Of a stretch of 64,000 bases of DNA, positions 11,509-21,946 are shown piece by piece. This DNA is from an uncultured Gammaproteobacteria bacterium (GTDB lineage: Bacteria; Pseudomonadota; Gammaproteobacteria; SURF-13): the NCBI GenBank assembly GCA_947085325.1, contig CAMTVY010000011.1:14629-78628 (forward strand), in the 5' to 3' direction. A model generated the notes under the pieces. The model saw nothing but the letters and a program-made list of their open reading frames with translations. It was not told where the DNA came from and searched no databases. Position 1 is the stretch's first letter. Every line of letters begins with the position of its first letter. The translations under genes were made by a program, and so were the position numbers.

Positions 11509-12603
11509 TCAGGCACTCGCCAGCGCTGCAATCTTGTGCCTGTCCGGCGCCAGCACCACGCCGCGCTCCGTCACCAGCGCATCAACCAGCGCCGCCGGTG
11601 TGACATCAAACACCGGGTTCCACGCCTCTGCCCCGCCGGCCGCTACCGGCTGGCCCGCGAGCGTCAGCAGTTCTGCCGCCGCCCGCGTCTCAATGGGGAT
11701 ATCGGCACCGCTGCGCAAGGTCATGTCCAGGGTCGAACAGGGCGCCACCACCATGAACTTCACCCCATGATGACGCGCCGCCAGCGCAAGTCCGTAGGTA
11801 CCAATCTTGTTTGCCACATCGCCATTGGCCGCAATGCGGTCAGCGCCCACCACCACCCAGCTCAACTCACCTTGGCGCATCAGCCACGCCGCCGCCCCGT
11901 CGGCGATCAGGGTCACCGGAATACCGTCCTGCACCAGCTCCCAGGCGGTGAGCCGCGCACCCTGCAGCCAGGGCCGGGTCTCGTCGGCATACACCTTCCC
12001 GATCTTGCCCGCAGCATGGGCCGCACGGATCACGCCCAAGGCCGTGCCGTAACCGCCCGTAGCCAGCGAACCGGTATTGCAGTGCGTCAGCACCCCGCCC
12101 CCGGCCTCGATCAAAGCCGCACCCAGCTCGCCCATGCGGCGGTTGGCATTGACATCCTCATCGTGGATGCGCCGCGCCTCGGCGAGCATGGCCGGACCCG
12201 GGTCGCCTGCCACCTCAGCCAGCGCCGCCTGCATGCGCTCCAGCGCCCAAAACAGATTGACCGCCGTCGGGCGCGAACAGGCCAGCAGTTTGAGATCCGG
12301 CTCTATAGCGGCCCGCCAGCGGGCGGGTGAGTCGGCATAGCGCTGCTGCGCCGCCAGCGCCACGCCATACGCCGCTGCAATGCCAATGGCAGGCGCGCCG
12401 CGCACCGCCATATCGGTGATGGCCTGCGCTACGCTTGCGGCATCGTGGCACACCAGATACGACATGGCCTGTGGCAGTGCCCGCTGATCCAGCAAACGCA
12501 ATGCCCCGCCGCGCCATTCCACGGCGCGCACACTATCGGTGTCCTCCAGAGTAGTTATCGAATGCTTCGATCGGGCGCATGGGTTGTCACTTGACACCAT
12601 CAT
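11509..12603 (-). CDS. mtnA: S-methyl-5-thioribose-1-phosphate isomerase
   Basis: 364 aa. eIF-2B alpha/beta/delta-like fold with motifs VRGAPAIG and [15 protein letters not shown]. Confidence 0.88.
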   Translation of the reverse strand: MMVSSDNPCARSKHSITTLEDTDSVRAVEWRGGALRLLDQRALPQAMSYLVCHDAASVAQAITDMAVRGAPAIGIAAAYGVALAAQQRYADSPARWRAAIEPDLKLLACSRPTAVNLFWALERMQAALAEVAGDPGPAMLAEARRIHDEDVNANRRMGELGAALIEAGGGVLTHCNTGSLATGGYGTALGVIRAAHAAGKIGKVYADETRPWLQGARLTAWELVQDGIPVTLIADGAAAWLMRQGELSWVVVGADRIAANGDVANKIGTYGLALAARHHGVKFMVVAPCSTLDMTLRSGADIPIETRAAAELLTLAGQPVAAGGAEAWNPVFDVTPAALVDALVTERGVVLAPDRHKIAALASA

Positions 12604-12896
12604 TTATCCTCGGATAGCCTCTGTATCTCAAACTGGATAGCCGCAATCAAGATAACCGCTCTATGTGCGGCAGCGCACAGATACGGCATTCGCGGAGATG
12701 TAACCTTATTCCATACTGTTTAGATTATTATATCGTCACAAATATGCACATTTTTGGCACTTATCCACAGAGCCAAAAAACCTTGTTGCCCCTTGTTGCT
12801 ATAGAATAATATGCAGTATACTGCTAACTTACAGCTGATCAGTGATAACTATATCAACGAATCTGTAATAGCTTTTAATAGCGAAGGAGTCCCACC

Positions 12897-13556
12897 ATGA
12901 GAACAGCAACCAAGAATTTTTTAATAAGCAGTATTGTGGCCGTGATCTCTCTGGTGGCCACAAATGGTGCCTTGGCAGGAGGCATCTACAACAATCACGC
13001 TTATGTCGTAGACAGCTCCGGCACCCTGGTGCGTGATGGCTCCAACAAGTGCATCCGCACCGGCTCGTGGAGTGAAGAGCATGCCCTAGTCGAGTGTGGT
13101 GATGCCGTAGCTGCAGCCCCGATGGCAGAAAAAACCCCGGAACCAGCACCCGTCGCTGCTGGCCCGAAACCGGCTGCCATCCACGCCACGCTGCAAACGG
13201 ATGCCTTCTTCGACTTCGACAAGGCCATACTGAAGCCCGAAGGCAAAGCCAAGCTGGATGATTTCGTCGCCAAGATGAACGAGCACCCAGAAGTGGACGT
13301 GCTGCTTGTCACCGGCCATACTGACCGCATCGGCACCAACAGCTACAACATGAAGCTCTCACAGCGCCGCGCCGACGCCGTCAAGCACTACCTGGTTGAC
13401 AAGGGCATCAGCAGCAACCGTATCGAGACGGCTGCCAAAGGTGAAGAAGAGCCTGTCGTAAGCTGTGATGGCATCAAGGGCCGTACCGCCCTCATCGACT
13501 GTCTCGCACCGAACCGTCGCGTTACCGTTGAGACCAAGGTACAGCGCGAGAACTAA
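12897..13556 (+). CDS. OmpA-family (peptidoglycan-binding) outer-membrane/periplasmic protein
   Basis: 219 aa. Signal peptide, and a C-terminal OmpA-like domain GHTDRIGTNSYNMKLSQRRADAVKHYL. GGAG Shine-Dalgarno before the ATG. Confidence 0.88.
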   Translation: MRTATKNFLISSIVAVISLVATNGALAGGIYNNHAYVVDSSGTLVRDGSNKCIRTGSWSEEHALVECGDAVAAAPMAEKTPEPAPVAAGPKPAAIHATLQTDAFFDFDKAILKPEGKAKLDDFVAKMNEHPEVDVLLVTGHTDRIGTNSYNMKLSQRRADAVKHYLVDKGISSNRIETAAKGEEEPVVSCDGIKGRTALIDCLAPNRRVTVETKVQREN

Positions 13557-13584
13557 AAGCAACCTGACCCAAAAGACCCCTACT

Positions 13585-13611
13585 GCCCCGCCTCGTGCGG
13601 GGCTTTTTTTT
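13585..13611 (+). terminator. rho-independent terminator of the OmpA-like gene
   Basis: Stem GCCCCGC / GCGGGGC with a 5-nt loop, followed by 8 T. Confidence 0.8.
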
Positions 13612-13640
13612 ACCTCGAGTCCACGTTACCATCCACCGTC

Positions 13641-14957
13641 ATGCGCACCATTGACCTGCTGATTTACGCGCGCTGGATCATTCCGGTAGAGCCGGAAGGT
13701 GTCGTTCACAGCGGCCACTGCCTCGCCGTCCATGAAGGCCGTATTCTTGACCTGCTGCCCGCACGCGAGGCACAGTTACGCTACTCCGCCGCAACCACAC
13801 TGCATCTCGACGAGCATGCGCTGATCCCCGGCCTCATCAACACCCATACCCATGCAGCCATGTCGCTGCTGCGCGGCCTGGCCGATGACCTGCCGCTCAT
13901 GGAGTGGCTGAACCAGCACATCTGGCCCGCAGAAGCTGCCTGGGTCAATCCGCAGTTCATACAGGACGGCACCCAGCTCGCCATCGCCGAAATGCTGCGC
14001 GGCGGCACCACCTGCTTCAACGACATGTACTTTTTCCCCGATCACACCGCGCGGGTCACTGCGGCCTGCGGCATGCGCGCGAGCATCGGCCTGATCCTGA
14101 TCGACTTCCCCACCGCATGGGCGGCCGACGCCGACGAATACCTGCACAAGGGTCTTGAAGTCCATGATGCCTTCAAGGATCACCCCCTGATCACCACCAC
14201 GCTCGCGCCGCATGCACCCTACACGGTGTCGGATGCGCCGCTGGCAAAGATCGTGATGTACGCCGACGTGCTCGACCGGCAAATTCACATGCACGTGCAT
14301 GAAACGCGCGATGAAATCGAGCAAGGCCTTGCCAAATCCCGCGAACGCCCGCTGGCCCGGCTCGCCCGGCTGGGACTCGTATCTCCCCGCCTGCAGGCGG
14401 TGCACATGACACACCTCACCGACGATGAAATCGCGCTGGTCGCCGCAAGCGGCGCGCACGTCGTACACTGCCCGGAATCCAACCTCAAACTCGCCAGCGG
14501 CTTCTGCCCACTGGACAAGCTCATCAAGGCCGGCGTCAACGTGGCGCTCGGCACCGACGGCGCCGCGAGCAACAACGATCTCGACATGTTCAGCGAGATG
14601 CGCACCGCCGCACTGCTCGCCAAGGGCGTGAGCGGCGACGCCGTCAGCGTGCCCGCCGCCACCGCGTTGCGCATGGCCACACTCAATGGCGCGCGGGCGC
14701 TGGGGCTGGGCGATATTACCGGCTCGCTGCTGCCCGGCAAGGCCGCCGACATCACGGCGGTACATCTCGGTGATCTTGAAACGCAACCGCTCTACGACCC
14801 TGTGTCGCAACTCGTCTATGCCACCGGCCGCGACAAGGTCACCGATGTGTGGGTAGCGGGGCAGCACCTCCTCAAACAGCGCAAGCTCACCACGCTGGAT
14901 GAAGCTGAACTGATCGCCAAGGCGCACGCTTGGGCGCAGAAAATCCGGCCGATCTAA
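13641..14957 (+). CDS. mtaD: 5-methylthioadenosine / S-adenosylhomocysteine deaminase (amidohydrolase, TRZ/ATZ family)
   Basis: 438 aa. Metal-binding HTHAAMS motif and HVHE; overall MtaD-like layout. Confidence 0.85.
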   Translation: MRTIDLLIYARWIIPVEPEGVVHSGHCLAVHEGRILDLLPAREAQLRYSAATTLHLDEHALIPGLINTHTHAAMSLLRGLADDLPLMEWLNQHIWPAEAAWVNPQFIQDGTQLAIAEMLRGGTTCFNDMYFFPDHTARVTAACGMRASIGLILIDFPTAWAADADEYLHKGLEVHDAFKDHPLITTTLAPHAPYTVSDAPLAKIVMYADVLDRQIHMHVHETRDEIEQGLAKSRERPLARLARLGLVSPRLQAVHMTHLTDDEIALVAASGAHVVHCPESNLKLASGFCPLDKLIKAGVNVALGTDGAASNNDLDMFSEMRTAALLAKGVSGDAVSVPAATALRMATLNGARALGLGDITGSLLPGKAADITAVHLGDLETQPLYDPVSQLVYATGRDKVTDVWVAGQHLLKQRKLTTLDEAELIAKAHAWAQKIRPI

Positions 14958-14985
14958 GCCACCGCAGCGCGTTCTGCGTTATTCT

Positions 14986-15705
14986 ATGCGTATGACACAG
15001 GGCACACACAACGTCGACCCCGCCGAGGTCGCCAAATTCCGCACCCTGGCCGCGCGCTGGTGGGACCCGGACAGCGAGCTAAAGACGCTGCACGACATCA
15101 ACCCACTGCGTGTTGAGTACATCGACACGCGCGCCAAACTTGCCGGCAAAAGAGTGCTGGATGTCGGCTGCGGCGGCGGCATACTGGCCGAGGCCATGGC
15201 GCAACATGGCGCGGTAGTCACCGGCATCGACATGGCCGAAGACGCCCTCAATGTCGCCAGGCTGCATCTGCTGGAGTCCGGCATAAAAGTGGACTACCTG
15301 CTCGGCACGGCAGAACAATTCGCCGCCGAGCACCCCGCCGCCTTCGATGTCGTCACCTGCATGGAACTGCTCGAGCACGTGCCCGACCCCGCCTCCGTAG
15401 TGCGTGCCTGCGCCACGCTGGTCAAACCCGGCGGTCAGGTGTTTCTTTCCACCCTCAACCGCACGCCCAAGGCCTATCTGCTGGCGGTGATCGGTGCGGA
15501 GTACGTGCTCAACATGCTGCCGCGCGGCACGCATGATTACGCGCGCTTTATCCGTCCGTCGGAGATCGAGGCATGGGCGCGGCATGCCGGGCTGGAACTG
15601 CGCGACCTGACCGGCATGACCTACAACCCGCTCACCCGTCGCTACCGTCTGGGGCGCGATATCGATGTCAACTATCTGGCCCAGCTCACACGTGGCCACA
15701 ACTAA
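14986..15705 (+). CDS. ubiG: 3-demethylubiquinone-9 3-O-methyltransferase
   Basis: 239 aa. SAM motif [13 protein letters not shown] and an UbiG-type N-terminus ([25 protein letters not shown]). Confidence 0.93.
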   Translation: MRMTQGTHNVDPAEVAKFRTLAARWWDPDSELKTLHDINPLRVEYIDTRAKLAGKRVLDVGCGGGILAEAMAQHGAVVTGIDMAEDALNVARLHLLESGIKVDYLLGTAEQFAAEHPAAFDVVTCMELLEHVPDPASVVRACATLVKPGGQVFLSTLNRTPKAYLLAVIGAEYVLNMLPRGTHDYARFIRPSEIEAWARHAGLELRDLTGMTYNPLTRRYRLGRDIDVNYLAQLTRGHN

Positions 15706-16372
15706 TGGCCTGCGCACCGTCCTGTTTGATCTGGACGGCACGCTCGCCGACACCGCCCCCGACCTCGCCTTCGCCCTCAACGCCGTGTTGCAGGAGCAGA
15801 ATCGCGCGCCGCTGCCGTTTGACACCATCCGCCCCATTGTTTCACACGGCGCGACCGCGCTCATTCGCCTCGGCTTTGACATCGAGCCCGGCACGGCCGC
15901 GTTCGAGTCGCTGCGCCTGCGTCTGCTCGACATCTACCGCGAGCATCTGGCGCGGCACACGCGCCTGTTCCCCGGCATCGAGGAACTGCTGGGCGCCATT
16001 GAGCAGCGCGGCATGAACTGGGGCGTGGTGACCAACAAACCCGCGTGGCTCACCGACCCGTTGCTGGAGCAGCTTGGCCTGTCCGCGCGTGCGGCCTGCG
16101 TGGTGAGCGGCGACACCGTGGCCGAGCGCAAGCCGCATCCCGCGCCCATGCTGCACGCCTGCCACCTTGCAGGGAGCGAGGCACATCAGTGCCTGTATGT
16201 CGGCGACGCCGCGCGTGACATCGAGGCCGGCAGGCGCGCGGGCATGAAAACGCTGGTGGCGCTGTTCGGTTACATCGGTGAAGATGAACAACCGGATAGC
16301 TGGGGCGCGGACGGCATGATTGCGCACCCCGCTGAGTTACTCGATTGGATTACTGCACATGGGCGCCTCTAA
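15665..16372 (+). CDS. gph: phosphoglycolate phosphatase (HAD superfamily)
   Basis: 235 aa ORF. HAD motif I is [12 protein letters not shown], and [11 protein letters not shown] is also present. The real start may be the in-frame GTG at 15692. The last 3 codons plus the stop (G-R-L-TAA) lie inside the miniature element at 16361. Confidence 0.88.
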   Translation: MSTIWPSSHVATTNGLRTVLFDLDGTLADTAPDLAFALNAVLQEQNRAPLPFDTIRPIVSHGATALIRLGFDIEPGTAAFESLRLRLLDIYREHLARHTRLFPGIEELLGAIEQRGMNWGVVTNKPAWLTDPLLEQLGLSARAACVVSGDTVAERKPHPAPMLHACHLAGSEAHQCLYVGDAARDIEAGRRAGMKTLVALFGYIGEDEQPDSWGADGMIAHPAELLDWITAHGRL

Positions 16373-16552
16373 AAATGATGGATTTTGCTTCAAGACAAGG
16401 CGCAGCGCAGGCGAGCAGCGGTCGCTCCTGCGCGTCCTGCGCCCGCGACATTCGTACGTCCCTGTACAGCACAGCATACACGCCAGTATGTGAGCAGCGG
16501 AGACAAGCTGCAACGCAGTATTGAAGCAAAAGACGCATTTTTAGAGATGCCC
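16361..16552 (+). mobile_element. miniature TIR-bounded repeat element, copy 1 (long form, 192 bp)
   Basis: Starts GGGCGCCTCTAAAAATGATGGATTTTGCTTCAAGACAAGG and ends AAGCAAAAGACGCATTTTTAGAGATGCCC. Homologous to five other copies. Carries a 53-nt internal module at 16420-16472. Confidence 0.85.
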
Positions 16553-16554
16553 AT

Positions 16555-17847
16555 ATGACTGAGCCTGTCTCCACGTTCGCATTGATTGTCATCGTACTGC
16601 TCGGCATCGCGGGCGGCGGCGTGGCCGTATATCTCATGATGCAGCGCCGGTTAGGCGAATTAAACAGAGACAACGCCACACTGAGCGCGCAGCTTGAGGC
16701 CGAGCAGCGCAGCGGTGCGGAAAAGATAGCCGCGCTCGAAGCCGCGCGCGCGCAGCTCACGCACACCTTCACCGCGCTTGCGAGCGAGGCGCTACGCAGC
16801 AACAACGAAGAATTTCTCAAACTGGCGCAGGAGAACCTCAAGCAGTTTCACATCAAGGCGCAAGGTGATCTGGAGCAAAAGGAAAAATCCATCGAGCAAC
16901 TGATAAAGCCCATCAAGGAAGCGCTGGAGAAAAACGAACAACAGATTCGCCAGATCGAGCTCGAACGCAAGGAATCCTTCGGCTCACTCAGCAAACACCT
17001 CGAAACCATGGCGCTCAACCAGCAGTCGCTGCAAAGCGAAACCCGCAACCTGGTGCAGGCCCTGCGCCGCCCGGAGGTGCGCGGTCAGTGGGGCGAACTC
17101 ACCCTCAAGCGTCTCGCCGAACTGGCCGGCATGGTGGAGTATTGCGACTTTTTCGAACAGGAACATACGGCCACAGCGGAAGGCGGCATGCGCCCCGACA
17201 TGATAGTACGCATGCCCGACGGGCGTGAAATCATCGTTGACGTCAAGACACCACTCGATGCCTATTTAAGCGCCGTCGAAGCTACCGACGATGCCACGCG
17301 CGCCGTCCACCTCGAAAGCCATGCACGCAACGTCGTCAAACGCGTGCGCGAACTCGCCGCGAAATCCTATTGGGAACAGTTCAAGAACGCACCCGACTTT
17401 GTCGTGCTGTTCATCCCCGGCGACCAGTTCCTGAACGCCGCGCTCGACATCCAGCGTGACCTCATCGAAATCGCGCTACGGCAGAAGGTGATACTCGCCA
17501 CACCCACCAGCTTTGTCGCCCTGCTGCGCGCCGTCGCCTACGGCTGGCGGCAACAGACGCTGGCTGTGAACGCCGAACGCATCCGCGATGTGGGCGAGGA
17601 ATTGTACAAACGCCTCGGCGTGTTCGCCGATCACCTGACCAAAGTCGGCAAAAGCCTCAACAGCAGCGTCGACAGCTACAACGCCGCTGTCGGCTCTTTT
17701 GAACGCCAACTCATCCCCGGCGCACGCAAATTCGCGGAAATGGGCGTAGAAACCGGCAAGTTGATTGAATCGCCGGAGCCACTTGAAAAACAGCCGCGCA
17801 GGATGACTATCACGACCAAAAAAGGTAGTGTAAACGATCCTAATTGA
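16555..17847 (+). CDS. rmuC: DNA recombination protein RmuC
   Basis: 430 aa. N-terminal TM segment, long coiled coil, and a C-terminal RmuC nuclease-like domain (PDMIVRMPDGREIIVDVKTPL). Confidence 0.9.
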   Translation: MTEPVSTFALIVIVLLGIAGGGVAVYLMMQRRLGELNRDNATLSAQLEAEQRSGAEKIAALEAARAQLTHTFTALASEALRSNNEEFLKLAQENLKQFHIKAQGDLEQKEKSIEQLIKPIKEALEKNEQQIRQIELERKESFGSLSKHLETMALNQQSLQSETRNLVQALRRPEVRGQWGELTLKRLAELAGMVEYCDFFEQEHTATAEGGMRPDMIVRMPDGREIIVDVKTPLDAYLSAVEATDDATRAVHLESHARNVVKRVRELAAKSYWEQFKNAPDFVVLFIPGDQFLNAALDIQRDLIEIALRQKVILATPTSFVALLRAVAYGWRQQTLAVNAERIRDVGEELYKRLGVFADHLTKVGKSLNSSVDSYNAAVGSFERQLIPGARKFAEMGVETGKLIESPEPLEKQPRRMTITTKKGSVNDPN

Positions 17848-17877
17848 TATTAGCCGTCAACAATAGAAGAACCGCAC

Positions 17878-18786
17878 ATGGCGATACCTGATTACCAGTC
17901 AATTATGCTTCCCTTGCTTCGTTTCGCTACGGACGGAAACGAACATCCCCTGCGGGAAGCAATCGAGGGCTTGTCCAAACAGTTTGGGCTTACGGACGCA
18001 GAAAAGAATGAACTGTTGCCGAGCGGACAACAGCCAAGATTCGACAACCGTGTTGCCTGGGCTCGATCCTATATGAGCAAGGCGGCTCTGTTAGAGCCAA
18101 CGCGGCGCGGGCACTTCCGCATCACCCAACGTGGCCGGGAAGTCCTGTCCAAGAACCCGCCCGGAATTAATGTGAAATTCTTAGAACAATTTCCTGAGTT
18201 TGTAGAGTTCAGGACGAAACACCGAGAACCGGCAGAAACCACAGCATCGACCGAGGCCGAAACCCTCCAAACACCAGGCGAGCTTCTGGAAACGGCATAC
18301 CAGAAACTGCGCGAAGATTTATCTGCTGAACTTCTGAAAACCGTAACAGAATGCTCCCCGTCTTTTTTCGAGCGCCTCGTTATCGATGTTCTCGTAAATA
18401 TGGGCTATGGCGGTTCTCGAAAGGAAGCTGGAAAGGCCATTGGCCGTAGCGGCGACGAGGGCATTGACGGCATCATTAACGAAGATCGTCTCGGTCTCGA
18501 TGTCATCTACATTCAAGCCAAACGGTGGCAGGCTACGATCGGGCGCCCTGAAATACAGAAGTTTGCGGGTGCCCTGCAAGGGCACCGCGCGAAGAAAGGA
18601 ATCTTTATCACCACTTCCGAGTTCAGCCGCGAAGCCACGGATTATGTGGCGAAAATTGATTCTAAGATCGTGCTTATAGACGGTGAGCAGTTATCCCAAC
18701 TCATGATCGATCACAATGTTGGGGTTACTCCTGTCACGTCGTACGAAACGAAGAAAATTGACAGCGATTACTTTATTGAGGGTTAA
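17878..18786 (+). CDS. mrr: Mrr-family type IV (modification-dependent) restriction endonuclease
   Basis: 302 aa. N-terminal Mrr winged-helix region (PDYQSIMLPLLRF). C-terminal Mrr_cat motifs GDEGIDGII ... DVIYIQAKRW. Visibly lower G+C than neighbouring genes. Confidence 0.88.
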   Translation: MAIPDYQSIMLPLLRFATDGNEHPLREAIEGLSKQFGLTDAEKNELLPSGQQPRFDNRVAWARSYMSKAALLEPTRRGHFRITQRGREVLSKNPPGINVKFLEQFPEFVEFRTKHREPAETTASTEAETLQTPGELLETAYQKLREDLSAELLKTVTECSPSFFERLVIDVLVNMGYGGSRKEAGKAIGRSGDEGIDGIINEDRLGLDVIYIQAKRWQATIGRPEIQKFAGALQGHRAKKGIFITTSEFSREATDYVAKIDSKIVLIDGEQLSQLMIDHNVGVTPVTSYETKKIDSDYFIEG

Positions 18787-18999
18787 AACGGCTAACAAGG
18801 CGCTCCAGTGTCTTGGGGAACCATCCGGTGCAATGCGCTACGCTTCGCACCCCACAAGCTGCCGTGATTCAAACTGCTCATCGCTGTTCCGTTCACACTC
18901 GCTTCCAGCCGGGCCTTGAAACGAGGCCTTCAGCGGTCAGCTTTTAGATGGCTTGACACAACACTTGACTTATACTTGACATGATATTAGCCTTTCTCC

Positions 19000-20007
19000 A
19001 TGGCCTATGTCCCGCAATTCACAATCACCCCAGCCCTGCTTTTCGAGGTCGAGCAGGTAGCGGCATTGCGGGAGCGGATTCAAAGTGCCGTGGTAGACCT
19101 TGCCTGGATGCCCGCCCTGCAGAAAGATACTCGCACGCGCAACGGCCATGCCTCGACGGCCATCGAGGGAAACCCACTGACCCTCGATCAGGTTCGCGCT
19201 TTGGAGGAAGGGCGCGAACTTTCAGCATCCGGCACGCGGCACAAGCGGGAAGTCCTCAATTATTTCGCCGGGCTGCGCTACGTGGAAAAAAACGCGGCCA
19301 AAAAAACCCTCCGTCATGCGGAAATTCTGGGGCTGCACCGGATTCTGTCCGGAGAGGTGATGGATCAGGGCGAGGCCGGGAAATACCGGATGTTTGCCGT
19401 CCGGGTCGGGCAGTATCGCCCTCCTCCGGCGGATGCCGTTTCGGGGCTGATGTTCGAGTTGCTGGAGTGGTGGAACACAGCTTCGCGGAAACTCTCGCCG
19501 GTTCTCAGTTCGGCCATCCTGCATTACCGCTTCGAGGCCATCCATCCGTTTGCCGACGGTAACGGCCGCACGGGCCGGGCGCTCGCGTTGTGGGAGCTCT
19601 ATCGGCGAGGGTTCGATACCCATCACATCTTTTCGGTGGACGAATATTACTGGGAAGACCGGCCAAAATACTATGCCGCACTCGATGGTGTGCGGCAGGC
19701 CGGAGAAGACCTGAGCGCCTGGCTGGAATATTGCGCGGCGGGACTCCGGCAAATGCTCGAACGGGCGTGGCTGCGGATTCAAACCTTGCAGGTGAAGTCC
19801 ACGGAGAAACTGGTCTTGCGCCCACGGCAGGAACAGCTCCTCCATCTGCTACGCGATCACGGGAGCATGGCCCCCGGCAAAATATGGGGAGCGCTGGGCG
19901 TGTCCCGGCAAGGTGCGATGGATTTATTGCGACCGCTGATTGACGCAGGATTAGTCGAGAAGGTGGGTGGAAAAAAGACGGGGCATTACATTTTGCGAAA
20001 CCCGTGA
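19000..20007 (+). CDS. Fic-family protein (AMPylase type) with N-terminal auto-inhibitory helix and C-terminal winged-helix
   Basis: 335 aa. Canonical Fic motif HPFADGNGRTGRA. Inhibitory motif [ST]xxxE[GN] present as STAIEGN. The C-terminal ~60 aa look like a wHTH. Confidence 0.9.
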   Translation: MAYVPQFTITPALLFEVEQVAALRERIQSAVVDLAWMPALQKDTRTRNGHASTAIEGNPLTLDQVRALEEGRELSASGTRHKREVLNYFAGLRYVEKNAAKKTLRHAEILGLHRILSGEVMDQGEAGKYRMFAVRVGQYRPPPADAVSGLMFELLEWWNTASRKLSPVLSSAILHYRFEAIHPFADGNGRTGRALALWELYRRGFDTHHIFSVDEYYWEDRPKYYAALDGVRQAGEDLSAWLEYCAAGLRQMLERAWLRIQTLQVKSTEKLVLRPRQEQLLHLLRDHGSMAPGKIWGALGVSRQGAMDLLRPLIDAGLVEKVGGKKTGHYILRNP

Positions 20008-20107
20008 ACGAAGCCGAAACCAGCCAAGGGTGGGCAAACGGATTTTATTTGCCCACGCGAGATCAATCCCGATTCGAAGCATGTGGGCACCACATTGCCC
20101 ACCCTCA

Positions 20108-20170
20108 CTGCGCTGCTCGCCTGCGCTGCGCCTTGTCTTGAAGCAAAATCCATCATTTTTAGATGCACCC
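20108..20170 (-). mobile_element. truncated copy (one end, 63 bp) of the miniature element, copy 2
   Basis: CTGCGCTGCTCGCCTGCGCTGCGCCTTGTCTTGAAGCAAAATCCATCATTTTTAGATGCACCC matches the A-end half of the full copies in reverse orientation. Homology stops abruptly at 20108. Confidence 0.8.
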
Positions 20171-20184
20171 TGGACACACAGGCA

Positions 20185-21732
20185 TCAGATCGGCTGCCCG
20201 GCCTGCGGGTGCGCGCGCTCCGAGGTTTGCAGGATTTTATTCATCGCGTTGAGGTAGGCCTTGGCGGAGGCGATGACGATGTCGGTGTCCGCGCCTTGGC
20301 CGTTGACGATGCGTCCGCCCTTCTCCACGCGCACCGTCACCTCGCCCTGCGAGTCGGTGCCGCTGGTGATGTTATTCACCGAGTAAAGCTGTAGCGTCGT
20401 GCCGCTTTGCACGACGGCCTCGATGGCCTTGAAGGCGGCGTCCACCGGCCCGCCGCCCGGCGCGGTGGCGCGGTGCTCGACACCGTCCACCGACAGCGTG
20501 ATGGCGGCGTTCGGCGTCTCGCCGGTTTCGGAGCACACCTTGAGCGCGACCAGTTTGATGCGCTCATTCTCGGCGGCGAGGTTGGTCTCGCTGATCAGGG
20601 CCTGCAAGTCCTCGTCATAGATGTCGTGCTTCTTGTCGGCAAGCTCCTTGAAGCGGACGAAGGTTTCATTCAACGCTTCTTCCGAATCGAAGCTGGCGCC
20701 CAATTCCTGCAAGCGCGCACGGAACGCGTTGCGCCCGGAGTGTTTGCCCAGCACCATGCGATTCGTCACCCAGCCCACGTCCTCGGCGCGCATGATTTCG
20801 TAGGTGGTGCGGTGCTTGAGCACGCCGTCCTGATGGATGCCGGATTCATGGGCGAACGCGTTCGCGCCGACGATGGCCTTGTTCGGCTGCACGGCGAAGC
20901 CGGTGATGCCGGAGACCAAACGGCTCGCAGGCACAATCTGGGTGGCGTCGATGCGCGTGTCGCAGGTGAAGATGTCACGCCGCGTGCGCACCGCCATCAC
21001 GATCTCCTCCAGCGCCGCGTTGCCGGCACGCTCGCCGAGGCCGTTGATGGTGCACTCCACCTGACGCGCACCGTTCAACACCGCCGAGAGCGAGTTCGCC
21101 ACCGCGAGGCCCAAGTCGTTGTGGCAGTGCACGGAAAACACCGCCTGATCGGAGTTGGGCACGCGCTCGCGCAAGGTTTTTATCAACGCGCCGAACTGGT
21201 GCGGCAGGTTGTAGCCCACGGTGTCGGGGATATTCACCGTGCGCGCACCGGCGGCGATCACCGATTCCAGCACGCGGCACAGGAAATCGGTCTCGGAGCG
21301 TCCGGCGTCTTCGGGAGAAAATTCCACGTCGTCGGTGTATTGCCGCGCACGCTTCACCGCCTTCACCGCCTGCTCCAGCACCTGCTCCGGCGTCATCTTG
21401 AGCTTTTTCTCCATGTGGATCGGAGAAGTGGCGATGAAGGTGTGGATGCGCCGTGACTGCGCGCCCTTCAATGCCTCGGCGGCGCGGTCGATGTCCTTGT
21501 CCAGCGCACGCGCGAGCGCGCACACGGTGCTGTCCTTGATGACATTGGCCACCGCCTGCACCGATTCGAAATCGCCTACGCTCGCAATGGGAAACCCGGC
21601 CTCGATCACATCGACGCGCATGCGCTCCAGGCTCTTCGCGATGCGTATCTTTTCCTCGCGCGTCATGGATGCGCCGGGGCTCTGCTCGCCGTCGCGCATG
21701 GTGGTATCAAAAATGATTAATTTGTCGCTCAT
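20185..21732 (-). CDS. leuA: 2-isopropylmalate synthase
   Basis: 515 aa. N-terminus [26 protein letters not shown], and a C-terminal LeuA dimerisation/regulatory domain. Confidence 0.97.
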   Translation of the reverse strand: MSDKLIIFDTTMRDGEQSPGASMTREEKIRIAKSLERMRVDVIEAGFPIASVGDFESVQAVANVIKDSTVCALARALDKDIDRAAEALKGAQSRRIHTFIATSPIHMEKKLKMTPEQVLEQAVKAVKRARQYTDDVEFSPEDAGRSETDFLCRVLESVIAAGARTVNIPDTVGYNLPHQFGALIKTLRERVPNSDQAVFSVHCHNDLGLAVANSLSAVLNGARQVECTINGLGERAGNAALEEIVMAVRTRRDIFTCDTRIDATQIVPASRLVSGITGFAVQPNKAIVGANAFAHESGIHQDGVLKHRTTYEIMRAEDVGWVTNRMVLGKHSGRNAFRARLQELGASFDSEEALNETFVRFKELADKKHDIYDEDLQALISETNLAAENERIKLVALKVCSETGETPNAAITLSVDGVEHRATAPGGGPVDAAFKAIEAVVQSGTTLQLYSVNNITSGTDSQGEVTVRVEKGGRIVNGQGADTDIVIASAKAYLNAMNKILQTSERAHPQAGQPI

Positions 21733-21754
21733 CTGTGTTCTCCGCTGCCGCTAT

Positions 21755-21946
21755 GGGCGCCTCTAAAAATGCGTCTTTTGCTCCAATACTGTGCTGTACA
21801 AGGACGTACGAATGTCGCGAGCGCAGGACGCGCAGGAGCGACCGTTGCAGCTTGTCTCCGCTGCTCACATACTGACGTGTATGCTGCGCTGCTCGACGGC
21901 GCTGCGCCTTGTCTTGAAGCAAAATCCATCATTTTTAGAGACGCCC
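21755..21946 (-). mobile_element. miniature TIR-bounded repeat element, copy 3 (long form, 192 bp)
   Basis: Same termini as copy 1, inverted. The 53-nt internal module lies at 21791-21843, at a different internal site than in copy 1. The element ends 22 nt upstream of the leuA ATG. Confidence 0.85.

Noticed and set aside
16375-16521. A conserved small ORF inside the miniature element (MMDFASRQGAA.SSSAAYT.VCEQRRQAA.QYWSKRRIFRGA). It is open in copies 3, 5 and 6, and the indels between copies (51 and 9 nt) are multiples of three.
   Set aside because: There is no ribosome-binding site before the ATGATG. Copy 4 has a 1-nt indel that frameshifts to an early stop (MMDFASRQGQRRRAAQHTR-stop), and copy 1 stops at TATTGA. 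In copies 3 and 5 the frame simply runs out of the element. Conservation is uniform across codon positions. Nucleotide-level or structural conservation explains it better.
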